Below, piece by piece: positions 10,440-19,536 of a stretch of 64,000 bases of DNA. Source of the stretch: an uncultured delta proteobacterium (GTDB lineage: Bacteria; Desulfobacterota; Binatia; JACPRU01); contig CAWBOU010000016.1 of assembly GCA_963790365.1 (NCBI GenBank), positions 141,783 to 205,782 on the forward strand, in the 5' to 3' direction. The notes under the pieces were generated by a model. It saw only the letters and a list, made by a program, of their open reading frames with translations. It made no database searches and was not told where the DNA came from. The stretch's first letter is position 1; each line of letters starts with the position of its first letter. The translations under genes were made by a program, and so were the position numbers.

Positions 10440-11024
10440 TCAAGCCCTCATGCGGACGAGCTTTTCGACGTACTTGCCGATCATGTCCGCTTCCAGATTG
10501 ACGGGTGTGCCCGGGCGGAGGTGCCCGAGCGTCGTGACCGACGCGGTGTGCGGGATCACCGCCACGGTGAACGCACCGGCCTCGCAGGAGAAGACCGTCA
10601 GGCTCACGCCGTCGACCGCGATCGAGCCCTTCTCGACGAGGTAACGGTCCATCTCGGCCGGGGCGGCGAACCGATACAGCGTAAAGTCCGCGTCGGGGGT
10701 CAAAGAAACGAGGCGGCCGACTCCGTCGACGTGGCCGAACACGAGGTGTCCGGAGAGCCGATCGCCGAGGCGAAGGCTCCGCTCGAGGTTGACGGACGCC
10801 CCGGGGGCGAGCTCGCCGAGCGTCGTTCGCCGGAGCGATTCGGGAGAGACGTCGAAGTCGAACGTGCCGGCGCCGGTCGCCGTCACGGTCATGCAGGCAC
10901 CGCTCACGCAGACGCTTTCGCCGAGCGCGAGGTCCGCGAACGGCGCCGCGACGGTCAGCCGCCGGCTCTCGTCGCCCGCGATCGCGGCAACCGTGCCGAC
11001 GGCCTCGACGATGCCCGAAAACAC
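10440..11024 (-). CDS. ribE: Riboflavin synthase alpha chain
   Basis: Track ORF 10440..11114. The conserved N-terminus is (V)FSGIVEAVG, with GTG at 11024. Also present are 'LGESVCVSGACMTV', the second lumazine-binding repeat 'GHVDGVG..', 'KGSIAVDGVSLTV' and 'VIPHT..T.LG...G..VNLE.D'. Confidence 0.85.
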   Translation of the reverse strand: MFSGIVEAVGTVAAIAGDESRRLTVAAPFADLALGESVCVSGACMTVTATGAGTFDFDVSPESLRRTTLGELAPGASVNLERSLRLGDRLSGHLVFGHVDGVGRLVSLTPDADFTLYRFAAPAEMDRYLVEKGSIAVDGVSLTVFSCEAGAFTVAVIPHTASVTTLGHLRPGTPVNLEADMIGKYVEKLVRMRA

Positions 11025-11141
11025 GAGGTCAATCCCCAGCGTGGGACGCACCTGCCGCGCGCCGTTCCGGACGGTTGCGCCGCCCCATGCGCCGAGCGGC
11101 AGGAACGTCCCCATCGCCGATAGAACGCATACCGAAGCGTT

Positions 11142-11462
11142 CTATCGGCCGCGGAACAGCCGGCCGACCCAGCCTTCCTGCTCGCGCTGGGAGAGCGCCT
11201 GCAGCTCGCCCGCGTCGAGCCAGACGCCGCCGCAGGTCCCGCATTCGTCGATCTCGACGCCGTCTTGGGTCCGCGACGTCAGGCGGTTCCCGTCCTTCGG
11301 GCAACGGCCCTTGGCGAGGTCGCGTACGGCTCCTTCCTGCTCGGCCGCCTTCGCGTTCCGGATCTTCTCGAGCGCCGCCTTGTCGCGCTCGGCGAAGTAC
11401 TTGTCCTCTTCCGCCTTCCGCTTGTCTTGGAGCTTATCGCCGAAGCGGTCTCTCTCGACCAT
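11142..11462 (-). CDS. Small zinc-ribbon (zf-TFIIB-like) protein with an N-terminal Lys/Glu-rich helix
   Basis: Track ORF. It contains 'RCPKDGNRLTSRTQDGVEIDECGTCGGVWLDAGEL', the CxxC..GVWLDxGEL ribbon pattern. The first knuckle is C-x2-D rather than C-x2-C. Confidence 0.65.
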   Translation of the reverse strand: MVERDRFGDKLQDKRKAEEDKYFAERDKAALEKIRNAKAAEQEGAVRDLAKGRCPKDGNRLTSRTQDGVEIDECGTCGGVWLDAGELQALSQREQEGWVGRLFRGR

Positions 11463-11513
11463 GCTGCCTCCTCAAGTAGTCGCGGGGTATACCATGCACC
11501 TCACTCCCAGCGA

Positions 11514-12188
11514 ATGATCCCCCTGCGAGACGATCTGCCCTCGTCGGCCTTTCCGGCCGTCACCTACGCCTTGATCGCCGCGAACGTGGCCGCGTTCGTC
11601 TACGAGCTGCAACTCGGACACGCGCTCGAGCCGTTCGTTCGCGAGTTCGGCCTCGTGCCCGCGCGCTTCCACACCGCGGCGGATCCCGGCGCGCGGTTCT
11701 TCCCGTTCCTGAGCAGCATGTTCCTCCACGGCGGGATCCTCCATCTCGCCGGCAACATGCTCTACCTCCACATCTTCGGGGACGGCGTCGAAGGTCACCT
11801 CGGGCACGCGCGGTTCCTCGCCTTCTATCTCGTGTGCGGCGTGGCGGCCGCCGCGCTCCAAGTGGCGATGTTCCCGAACTCGACGCTGCCCATGGTGGGT
11901 GCGAGCGGCGCGATCGCGGGAGTCACCGGCGCCTATTTTCTCTGCTTTCCGTTCGCGCGGATCGTCACGCTGGTTCCGCTCTTCGTCGTCGTCCGCTACG
12001 TGCGCGTTCCCGCCGTGCTGTTTCTCCTCCTCTGGTTCGTGATGCAGCTCGCCTACGGTTCGGCGACGCTCGGCATGGAAGGGACGAACGTCGGCGGCGT
12101 CGCATGGTGGGCGCACGTCGGGGGCTTCCTCGCCGGCATGCTCGGCGCCGCCGCGCTCGGACCCGCCGCGCGCCGCTCGCGGACCTAA
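11514..12188 (+). CDS. Rhomboid-family intramembrane serine protease
   Basis: This is the in-frame part of track 11265..12188, starting at ATG 11514 (MIPLRDD). It has 'FLHGGILHLAGNMLYL' (the HxxxN region), the catalytic 'GASGAIAGVTGAY' (GxSG) and a distal 'AHVGGFLAG' His. Confidence 0.85.
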   Translation: MIPLRDDLPSSAFPAVTYALIAANVAAFVYELQLGHALEPFVREFGLVPARFHTAADPGARFFPFLSSMFLHGGILHLAGNMLYLHIFGDGVEGHLGHARFLAFYLVCGVAAAALQVAMFPNSTLPMVGASGAIAGVTGAYFLCFPFARIVTLVPLFVVVRYVRVPAVLFLLLWFVMQLAYGSATLGMEGTNVGGVAWWAHVGGFLAGMLGAAALGPAARRSRT

Positions 12189-13003
12189 AATTCGACGCCG
12201 GCGCGCTTGCGGAGGCCGAACGCGACCGCGGCGGAGATCACCAGGAAGACGACCAGCCAGTGGAGTGACACACCGGCGAGCTCGAGGTCGAGTGGGGGAG
12301 TCGTCACGGTGATCGACTCGACGCCCGCGGGAGCGTCGATCGCGGGCTCGGTCGGCGCAAACAGCAGCGAGTCGAGCGATGCGGCCGCGCGACGTGGTGC
12401 CATCCCGGAAACCGACGTCGAGACGCTCACGGCTTTCTCGACGCGCTGATCGCCCGCGTGAAGCGCGAGCGTTTGCGCGCCGGGCTCCGTCGCGCGGATC
12501 CGCCATGCGACCTCTCGCCGCGAAGGGATGCGCACCGGCCGCGATTCGACGACGAGCCCCGAGGATCCCTCGAGCGCCCACGTCTCGAGGCTCCCTCCCG
12601 GCGCCATGATCGCGGTGACGAGCGCGCGCTCGCCCGGATGGAGCGAGCGGCTCGCGTAACGCGCGTCGAGATGCGCAAAGAAGATCGCGAACGGCGCCAG
12701 GATGACGAGGAACGGGACCAGCATGTTCGCCAGGTAGATCCCGAGCGCGGCGAACGTCCGCGCCTGCGCGCGGAGCACGACGCCGAGGTCCTCCTGGTAG
12801 ATGCGGACGGCGAGCAGGTTCGCCTGGATCCGTTGCTTCGCGCGCTTGATCGCGGCGGGGCGCGACGTCCAGCGGAACGCGAACAGCAGCAAGACGCCGC
12901 TCACCGCGGAGACGATCACGAGGCTCGCGAGCGGCCCGAGACGCGCGAGCGGATCGAGCAGCAGCCCGAAGACCACGCGCGAGGATTCGTGAAGCAGCGC
13001 CAA
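12185..13003 (-). CDS. Hypothetical membrane protein (last gene of the AP-family operon)
   Basis: Track ORF with a TTG start 4 nt after the stop of 13008..13208. It has N-terminal helices, a central soluble segment and a C-terminal TM helix. I recognise no family. Confidence 0.5.
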   Translation of the reverse strand: MALLHESSRVVFGLLLDPLARLGPLASLVIVSAVSGVLLLFAFRWTSRPAAIKRAKQRIQANLLAVRIYQEDLGVVLRAQARTFAALGIYLANMLVPFLVILAPFAIFFAHLDARYASRSLHPGERALVTAIMAPGGSLETWALEGSSGLVVESRPVRIPSRREVAWRIRATEPGAQTLALHAGDQRVEKAVSVSTSVSGMAPRRAAASLDSLLFAPTEPAIDAPAGVESITVTTPPLDLELAGVSLHWLVVFLVISAAVAFGLRKRAGVEF

Positions 13004-13007
13004 GCGG

Positions 13008-13208
13008 CTATTCGATGTAGCCGAGGCCTTCGAGGCGCTTCCGGACTTCTTCCTCGTCCTTCGCTTCCTCGAGATGCTTCACCTGTCCTTCGATCAGGTG
13101 GACGACGAAATCCTGCACCGAGGCGTACCCCGCCTGGCCGGCCACCTTCTCGATGCGCTCCCAGAGCGCCTTGTCGATCACGATCTTCTTCGATCCGAAC
13201 ATAGTCAC
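13008..13208 (-). CDS. Small (about 65 aa) ribbon-helix-helix-like protein ending in ..RLEGLGYIE
   Basis: Track ORF. GTG 13208 overlaps the upstream stop (GTGA). An alternative ATG at 13202 is preceded by GAGGTG. 'KKIVIDKALWERIEKVAGQAGYASVQDFVVHLIE' has a strand-helix-helix pattern. The fold call is an inference. Confidence 0.5.
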   Translation of the reverse strand: MTMFGSKKIVIDKALWERIEKVAGQAGYASVQDFVVHLIEGQVKHLEEAKDEEEVRKRLEGLGYIE

Positions 13209-15166
13209 CTCAAAAAAGGCTTGCCGAGCATCTCCTTCGGCGGCGTCAGGCCGAAGAGCGAAAGCACGGTCGGCGCGACGTCGACGAGCGCCGGGGCATC
13301 GGCGGCGACGTCACGGTTCGAAAGCAGCACGCCGGGCACGAGATCCGCGGCCATGCAGTGGTCGCCGCTCCATTTTTTCTTGTTGTCTTCGACGATGGGC
13401 TCCGGGACCTCGCCGAGCGCGGAGGCGTCCGACACGCGATAACCGCCGGCGTAGCCGACGACGATGTCGGGCGCGATCGCCGGATCCGGCGCCGCGTAGA
13501 TCTCCTCGCGGCGGTAGACGCGCGCCACGACCGACTGCCCGCTCGCGGGATCCTGGAACGCGAGCAGCTTCTCCTGCAGCTCGGCGAGCACCTTCTCGCG
13601 GAGCGGCGGCGGCACGATGCCGAAGCGCTCGCGCCCCTGCAGGTTCAAGTAGAGCCCATTCAAGCCGACCGCATATGCCTTCGTCCGCGACCAATCGACG
13701 TCGCGGAAGAGCTCGCCGCCCACGCGGCGCCCGGCGCGGAGTCGCAGGAAGCCTTGGTCGCGAAGCCAGCTGTTCAGATGGACCGCGCGCCGGAACGACG
13801 AGAACCCGTGATCGGAGAGGACGAGGAGCGTCGTCTCGTCGAGCTTCGGACCGAGTGCCTCGAGCGTGCGGCCGAGCGCGACGTCGAGCTCGCGATACGC
13901 ATCGCGGATCGCGTTCTCGTTCCCGGGCGAGCCCCCGGCGGGGTGGTCCGCCTCGAGCGTCCGCCAGAACATGTGCGCGACCTGGTCGGCGCCGCCGAAG
14001 TAGACGAACAGGAGCCCGCGATCGAAGCGCTGGAGCTCGGCTTCGAGAAGCCGCATCCGCTCTTCGTAGATGCGCTTCGCCTGATCGAGAAAGCCCGCGT
14101 CGTCGAGCATGCCCGCGGTCAGGCTCGCGGTGTTCTCCGGCAAGCCTTGCGTGTAGAAGCGCCCCGCGCGCGCGGCGAGGTCCTCGGCATAGTCGTCGGG
14201 CGTCGAGATCGGCAGCGCGGGATCGATCGGGTCGATGTTGACCGGCGTCGTGTAGAGCCGGAGGTGCGGCTTCGCGCCCATCAGATGGAACCGGACCATG
14301 CCGCCGACGTCGGCGACGCCGGGGATGAGATCGAACCGCACGGGAACCCACTCGCTCCACTCGCCTTTTTGGAGGAGCACCGACTCGCTGCCGACGTCGA
14401 TCTTCGCCGCCTCCGACTCGGCGTCGACCCAGACGTCGAAGTCGCGCACGAGCCGGGTCTTCTTGCGGAGAAACGGGCTCTCCGGGCCGGGGATCGAGCC
14501 GCGCGCGTGCCCGTCGCGCACCGCGACCCGGTAGATCAGCCCGCCGGAGACGCTGCGCTCGCCGCCGTCCGCCGGATCGGACGTGTAGAAGAGGAACGTA
14601 CCGTAGGTGCCGCGCAGATCCGGCGTGCCCATGTCGGAGAGCGTCCGCGCCTCGCTCGGCTCCGGCGGGAAGTTCGCCGGGATCTTCACCACGGTCGCGG
14701 GAATCCCGTTCTCGACGAGCACGTTCCAGAACGCCTTGCCGCGCCGGAGAAGCTCGACCTTGCCGGCGCGCGGCATCTGGTAGTCGCCGATCGTGACGTA
14801 GGGCTCTTCCTCTTCGGCCTTGGAGGTCGAAAGGAACGGCAGCACCGCGAGCGAGCCGGGCGGCTTCGGATCGCGGTGGATGAAGTCGAAGATGCCGTGG
14901 CTGCCCGGATCGAGCCCGGTGATGAACGTCGACCAGGCGACCGGTGACTGCGGCGGCACGGTGGTGCCGAAGCGATGGACGCCGCGCGCGGCGAGCTTCG
15001 CGAAGTTCGGGAGCTCGCCGGCCCCGAGGAAGCGCTCGAGGAGATTCGGATCGAGGCCGTCGAAGCCGAGGATCACGACCCGCCGGTCGGTCGTCGTCGC
15101 GGACGGCGCTTCCGTTGCGCAGCCGACGAGCACGGCGGCCGCGAGCGCGAGCCAGAGCCGCTTCAT
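13205..15166 (-). CDS. Alkaline-phosphatase-superfamily protein (type I phosphodiesterase/nucleotide pyrophosphatase-like), lipoprotein
   Basis: Track ORF. It has the lipobox 'AAAVLVGC', 'VVILGFDGLDPNLL', 'TTVPPQSPVAWSTFITGLDPGSHGIFDF', 'LLVLSDHGF' and 'WSGDHC'. It is a paralogue of the next gene. Confidence 0.8.
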   Translation of the reverse strand: MKRLWLALAAAVLVGCATEAPSATTTDRRVVILGFDGLDPNLLERFLGAGELPNFAKLAARGVHRFGTTVPPQSPVAWSTFITGLDPGSHGIFDFIHRDPKPPGSLAVLPFLSTSKAEEEEPYVTIGDYQMPRAGKVELLRRGKAFWNVLVENGIPATVVKIPANFPPEPSEARTLSDMGTPDLRGTYGTFLFYTSDPADGGERSVSGGLIYRVAVRDGHARGSIPGPESPFLRKKTRLVRDFDVWVDAESEAAKIDVGSESVLLQKGEWSEWVPVRFDLIPGVADVGGMVRFHLMGAKPHLRLYTTPVNIDPIDPALPISTPDDYAEDLAARAGRFYTQGLPENTASLTAGMLDDAGFLDQAKRIYEERMRLLEAELQRFDRGLLFVYFGGADQVAHMFWRTLEADHPAGGSPGNENAIRDAYRELDVALGRTLEALGPKLDETTLLVLSDHGFSSFRRAVHLNSWLRDQGFLRLRAGRRVGGELFRDVDWSRTKAYAVGLNGLYLNLQGRERFGIVPPPLREKVLAELQEKLLAFQDPASGQSVVARVYRREEIYAAPDPAIAPDIVVGYAGGYRVSDASALGEVPEPIVEDNKKKWSGDHCMAADLVPGVLLSNRDVAADAPALVDVAPTVLSLFGLTPPKEMLGKPFLR

Positions 15167-17253
15167 GCCGCGGTGGCGACGTCGAGCGGCCGCCCCTCCA
15201 TGTGGGCTGGCGCGGCGACGCCGTAGAGGCGGAGCACGGTCGGCGCGATGTCGACGATCGAGGGCGTCTCCGCGGCGAACTTCCGGTTGGAGAAGAGGAC
15301 GCCCGGCACGAGCTCCGGGTCGACGCAGTGGTCGCCGCTCCAGCTCTTCGGGTTGTCGACGACGACGTCACCCGCGACCTTGCCGACGGCGGCCTCCCAC
15401 GAGACGCGATAGCCGTCCGCGTAGCCGACGATCAGATCGGGAGACTGATCGAGGTACGGCCCCTTGTACCGCTTGGCGACGTCGACCATGTCGCGAATGA
15501 CCGGACGCTCCTGCTCCGGATCGCGGAGCCCCTCGAGCTTCTCGGCGATCTCGCGCTTCAGCGCTTCGGTCTCGGCGCCCGGCGCGACGATGCCGTGTGC
15601 TTCACGGCCGCGCACGTTGCAGTAGAGCCCGGCGAGGCCGACCGCGTACGCGCGCGTGCGCGACCAGTCGACGTCGCGGAGGTACTCGCCGTCGCCCGAT
15701 GCGCCGTCCTTCAGCGCTAAGTACCCCTCGCGGAGCAGCCACGCGTTCAGGTTCACGCCGCGGCGGAACGAGGCGAAGCCGTGATCCGAGAGCACGAAGA
15801 GCACCGTGCGCTCGTCCACGTGCGCGAGGATCCGGCCGAGCATCTCGTCCATGCGCACGTAGAGATCTTCGACGACGCGCGCGAAGCGCTGTTGATCGCC
15901 GGGCCGGGCCGCGCGCGGATCTGGATCGTTGTAGCGGTAGAACATGTGCTGCACGCGGTCGGTCGCATCGAAGACGCAAACGACGATTCCGCGGCGCGTC
16001 TTCTCGAGTGCGTCGAAAAGCTGCCGCTCGCGCTCCTCGTGAATCAGATACGCCTGCTCGAGGAAGCCGTCTTCGTCGAGGACGCGCTCGTTCAGCGCCC
16101 ACGTGTCCTCCGCGAGGCCCAAGGTCGCAAAGCGCCCGAGCAGCTTCGCGAGATAGGGCGCGTAGACCTTCGGATGCGAGACCGGCACGGACGGGTGCTC
16201 CGGGTCGATGTTGATCGGCGTCATGTACAGACCGAACGCGCTTGGCGAATCCGCGAAGCGGAAGCGCGCGATGCCGCGGATCTTGACGCCGGGTGCGGCG
16301 GAGAACGCGAGCGGAATCCACTCCGAGTGAGCGCCGCGTCGGACCTCGAAGCGCTCCGAGCCGATCGTGACGCGCGCGAGGTCCTTGCCTTCGAGCGCGA
16401 TCTCGAGCGGGAGCTCGAGCGGCGCACCGTCTCGGCGAAACGGATGAGACGGACCCGGGATCTTGCCGAAGAGCCGTTGGCCGTCGCGCCGGAGCGGCAC
16501 GCGCATCCCGCCGGTGTGCTCGGCGTTCTCCGTCGCCTCGGTGAAGAACGTGAAGCTGCCTTGCGTGCCGCGGAGGTCGGGCACACTCATGCCGGCGAGG
16601 CACGCGCCGTGAAACTTCTCGGCGGGGAAGCTCGCGGGCACGCGGAGCACCGAGGAGAAGACGCCGTGGCGACCGAGGATCTGCCAGAACGTCGGCGCCT
16701 TCCGGTACGAGCGGATGCGCGCCTTGCCGAGCGGCAGCTGGAATTTGCCGATCGCGAGCGAGCGACTCGCCGATTCGATCGCGGAGGTGGAGAGAAAGGG
16801 AAGATACGAGCGCGCGTCGCGCGCGAGGAAGTCGAAGATCCCGTGGCGCGCGGGGTGGACGCCGGTCATGAACGACGACCAGGCGACCGGAGAGAGCGGC
16901 GGATGCGTCGTGCCGAGCCGGCGGAAGCCGCCGCGTTCGGCGAGCGCGCGGAAGTGCGGCAGCTTGCCCTCCGCCATCCAGCGCTCGGTGAGCTTCGGAT
17001 CCATGCCGTCGAGCCCGACGAGGATCACGCGCCGCGGAGCGTTCTTCGGGATCCGTCGGCGTCGGATCGCGCGGATGACGAGCCGTACCGGGTACGTGAG
17101 GAGCGTGAAGAGCGCGAGGATGATCGCCCAGATGAGGACGAAGAACGAGCCGACGAACGCGAAGCCGGCGCCGGGGCCGATGTACGCCTCCGCGGCTCCG
17201 GGCAGGACGACGAGGAAGAAGAGCGGGAGCGCGAGGCGACGAACGAGTCTCAT
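15163..17253 (-). CDS. Alkaline-phosphatase-superfamily protein, membrane-anchored paralogue
   Basis: Track ORF 15163..17385. I start it at ATG 17253 (MRLVRRLALPLFFLVV), which gives a signal/TM region. It has 'VILVGLDGMDPKL', 'TTHPPLSPVAWSSFMTGVHPARHGIFDF', 'LFVLSDHGF' and 'WSGDHC'. Its stop overlaps the start of 13205..15166 by 4 nt. Confidence 0.8.
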   Translation of the reverse strand: MRLVRRLALPLFFLVVLPGAAEAYIGPGAGFAFVGSFFVLIWAIILALFTLLTYPVRLVIRAIRRRRIPKNAPRRVILVGLDGMDPKLTERWMAEGKLPHFRALAERGGFRRLGTTHPPLSPVAWSSFMTGVHPARHGIFDFLARDARSYLPFLSTSAIESASRSLAIGKFQLPLGKARIRSYRKAPTFWQILGRHGVFSSVLRVPASFPAEKFHGACLAGMSVPDLRGTQGSFTFFTEATENAEHTGGMRVPLRRDGQRLFGKIPGPSHPFRRDGAPLELPLEIALEGKDLARVTIGSERFEVRRGAHSEWIPLAFSAAPGVKIRGIARFRFADSPSAFGLYMTPINIDPEHPSVPVSHPKVYAPYLAKLLGRFATLGLAEDTWALNERVLDEDGFLEQAYLIHEERERQLFDALEKTRRGIVVCVFDATDRVQHMFYRYNDPDPRAARPGDQQRFARVVEDLYVRMDEMLGRILAHVDERTVLFVLSDHGFASFRRGVNLNAWLLREGYLALKDGASGDGEYLRDVDWSRTRAYAVGLAGLYCNVRGREAHGIVAPGAETEALKREIAEKLEGLRDPEQERPVIRDMVDVAKRYKGPYLDQSPDLIVGYADGYRVSWEAAVGKVAGDVVVDNPKSWSGDHCVDPELVPGVLFSNRKFAAETPSIVDIAPTVLRLYGVAAPAHMEGRPLDVATAA

Positions 17254-17372
17254 GGCGGGGGCAAAGCGTACGCGAATAGCGGATACGCCCCCCAGCCGCA
17301 ATTCGGCCTCCCCGCACTTTCTCGTCGACTTTCGGAAAGCCTCGGGGCTAGAGGACGCTTCGTTCCAGGCAG

Positions 17373-18755
17373 ATGCTGCGATCACCAGGCGTTCTTCGAT
17401 GGAACGGAGCCGTGCCGAAGGAGGTCGGCGCGCCGCTCCTCGTCGAGGTGCGCCGTGCGCTCGGTCGTCCGATCGACGGAGCCTCCCTCTTCGTCTTTCG
17501 ATTCTTCGCCGGCGTGCTGATCGCCTACGAGTTGGTCGCGAGCCTCGCCGGCGGCCGATTCGCCGAGTACGTCGAGCCGAGCTTCCACTTCTCGTATCCG
17601 TTCTTCGAGTGGCTCCGCCCGTGGCCGCCCTCGGTCATGGCGATTCATTGGGGCGTGACGATCGCCCTCGCGCTCCTCGTCGCGGCAGGCGCCTGGACGC
17701 GCGTGGTCGCGCCCGCGCTCTTCCTCGCGTGGACGGCGCTGTTCCTCATGGAGCGTTCGGAATACCTGAACCACGCGTATCTCTATTGCTGGATCACGTT
17801 CTGGCTCGCGGTGCTTCCGGTCGGGCAGGCGCTCTCGATCGATGCGTGGCGCCGGCCGGAGCGCGTGAACGGGCAAATCCCGGCGTGGGTCCTCGGCGCT
17901 CTCGGCGTTCAGATGGCGATCGTCTACGTCTTCGCCGGGATCGCCAAGCTCGACGTCGACTGGCTATCGGGCGCCGCGATGCAATGGCGCACTCTGCAGA
18001 ATGAGCCCCGGCAGCTGCTTCTGCCATGGCTCAGTCATCCGTTGTCGCCGACGGCGATCGCATGGGGCGGGCTGGTGTTCGATCTCGCGATCGTCCCCGC
18101 GCTGCTGTGGCGACGAACGCGTGCTCCCGCGTTCGCCGTGGCGATCGCTTTCCATCTCGCGAACGCGGTCCTGTTCGGCTTGAAGAGCTTCCCATGGTTC
18201 TCGATCGCGGCGACGACCTTGTTCCTCGACCCATCCTGGCCGAGGCACACGCCCTTCGGTCGCTGGCTGCCGACTCTCCCGAGCGGAACCTCGAGCTCCC
18301 GCGCCGTCTCGCTCGGACTCGTCGCCGCGCTCGGACTCTGCGCCATCGTGCAAATCGCCGTACCGCTGCGCCATTGGGCGTACGCCGGGAACGTGAGCTG
18401 GACCGAGGCTGGATACCTATTCTCGTGGCGCATGCTGACCCGTGCGAAATACGGGTTCGTGGTGTTCGAGGTCGTCGATCCGCGGAACAACGCGCGATCG
18501 ATCGTCGATCCTCGCGATTTCCTCACGGATCGGCAGGATGCGCGCATGGCGTATCAGCCCGACATGATTCTCCAGTTCGCCCGCTTCCTCGCCGACGAGC
18601 GAGAACGGGAGTCGGGTCACAGACCCCGGGTCTATGCGAAGGGTCTGGTCAGCCTGAACCGAGGCCCGCGTCGGCCCCTCGTCGATCCCAACGTCGACCT
18701 CGCGGCCGAGCGTTGGACGTTCCGGTCGTGGCCGTGGGTCCTCCCGCGACCGTGA
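17373..18755 (+). CDS. HTTM-domain protein (vitamin K-dependent gamma-carboxylase-like), full length
   Basis: Track ORF. It has 'DGASLFVFRFFAGVLIAYE', 'ERSEYLNHAYLYCW' and several further helices. The post-membrane region reads 'WTEAGYLFSWRMLTRAKYGFVVFEVVDP...YQPDMILQFARFL', typical of HTTM/VKGC-like proteins. Confidence 0.8.
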   Translation: MLRSPGVLRWNGAVPKEVGAPLLVEVRRALGRPIDGASLFVFRFFAGVLIAYELVASLAGGRFAEYVEPSFHFSYPFFEWLRPWPPSVMAIHWGVTIALALLVAAGAWTRVVAPALFLAWTALFLMERSEYLNHAYLYCWITFWLAVLPVGQALSIDAWRRPERVNGQIPAWVLGALGVQMAIVYVFAGIAKLDVDWLSGAAMQWRTLQNEPRQLLLPWLSHPLSPTAIAWGGLVFDLAIVPALLWRRTRAPAFAVAIAFHLANAVLFGLKSFPWFSIAATTLFLDPSWPRHTPFGRWLPTLPSGTSSSRAVSLGLVAALGLCAIVQIAVPLRHWAYAGNVSWTEAGYLFSWRMLTRAKYGFVVFEVVDPRNNARSIVDPRDFLTDRQDARMAYQPDMILQFARFLADERERESGHRPRVYAKGLVSLNRGPRRPLVDPNVDLAAERWTFRSWPWVLPRP

Positions 18756-18762
18756 GCCGCGA

Positions 18763-19536
18763 TCATTTCGCCTGCGGCGGGCGGAGAGAGCCCAGGTAGG
18801 CGACGAGGTTTTCGAGGTCGGTCTTCGACAATGCGTCGTAGCCCGGCATCGTCGAACGGTTCGGGAGCTCGACCTTCGCGAGCTCTCGCTTGAGAAACGA
18901 GCGCAGCTCGCCCTCCATGTCCTGCACGTGGATCGAATACTCGTCCTCGTTCAGATGGATCCCGGTGACGGTTTTTCCGGAACGGGTGCTGACGACGACG
19001 GCTAGATAGTCGTGCGGCACGTCGGCGCTCGGCTCGACGATCGACCGGCGAAGGTACGGCACCGCACGCCGCATCCCGATGGCGGTGAGATCGGGTCCGG
19101 AGATCCCGCCCCGGCCCTTGATCGAATGGCACGAGGCACAACCCTGCTGCTCGTAGACGAACTCCCCGAGGACGGCGTTTCCCGTTGCGGGCTCGTCCGC
19201 GACGCCGCCCCGGGCGAGCTGACGAACGTATGCGACCAATGGCCGGATCTCCTTCGCCGGAAGATCGCGCAGCCCCGGCATCTCGGTTCCCGGAATGCCC
19301 CCGCGAATGATTCGAAAGAGGTCGCGATCCGATTGCGCGTGCCGAAAGCGGCCGGTCCGGAGCACGGAGCCGCGGCCGCCTTCACCTTCTGCCCCGTGGC
19401 AATGAGCGCAGCGAGCTTCGTACGATCGCCGCCCGATCTCCAGCTCGGAATCGGCGGCGATCGCGGCCGAGGCGAGCCAGAGGACGGCTCCACCGGCGAG
19501 GCGCCGGGCGCGGCGATTCGCCCGGTGTCGCTTCAT
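18763..19536 (-). CDS. Dihaem c-type cytochrome
   Basis: Track ORF. It has a signal peptide and two CXXCH motifs (CAHCHG and CASCHS). Its ATG overlaps the PQQ-dehydrogenase stop (ATGA). Confidence 0.8.
   Translation of the reverse strand: MKRHRANRRARRLAGGAVLWLASAAIAADSELEIGRRSYEARCAHCHGAEGEGGRGSVLRTGRFRHAQSDRDLFRIIRGGIPGTEMPGLRDLPAKEIRPLVAYVRQLARGGVADEPATGNAVLGEFVYEQQGCASCHSIKGRGGISGPDLTAIGMRRAVPYLRRSIVEPSADVPHDYLAVVVSTRSGKTVTGIHLNEDEYSIHVQDMEGELRSFLKRELAKVELPNRSTMPGYDALSKTDLENLVAYLGSLRPPQAK

Noticed and set aside
11025-11114. The longer form of riboflavin synthase starting at ATG 11114.
   Set aside because: It would add ~30 non-conserved residues before the canonical (M/V)FSGIVE N-terminus. 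GTG 11024 fits the family.
13311-17520. Long alternative-frame ORFs over the two AP-family genes: 13311..15371(-), 13358..14947(+), 15602..17317(-) and 15781..17520(+).
   Set aside because: Their translations are Arg/Pro/Ala/Gly-rich and low in complexity. The accepted frames carry clear alkaline-phosphatase-superfamily motifs.
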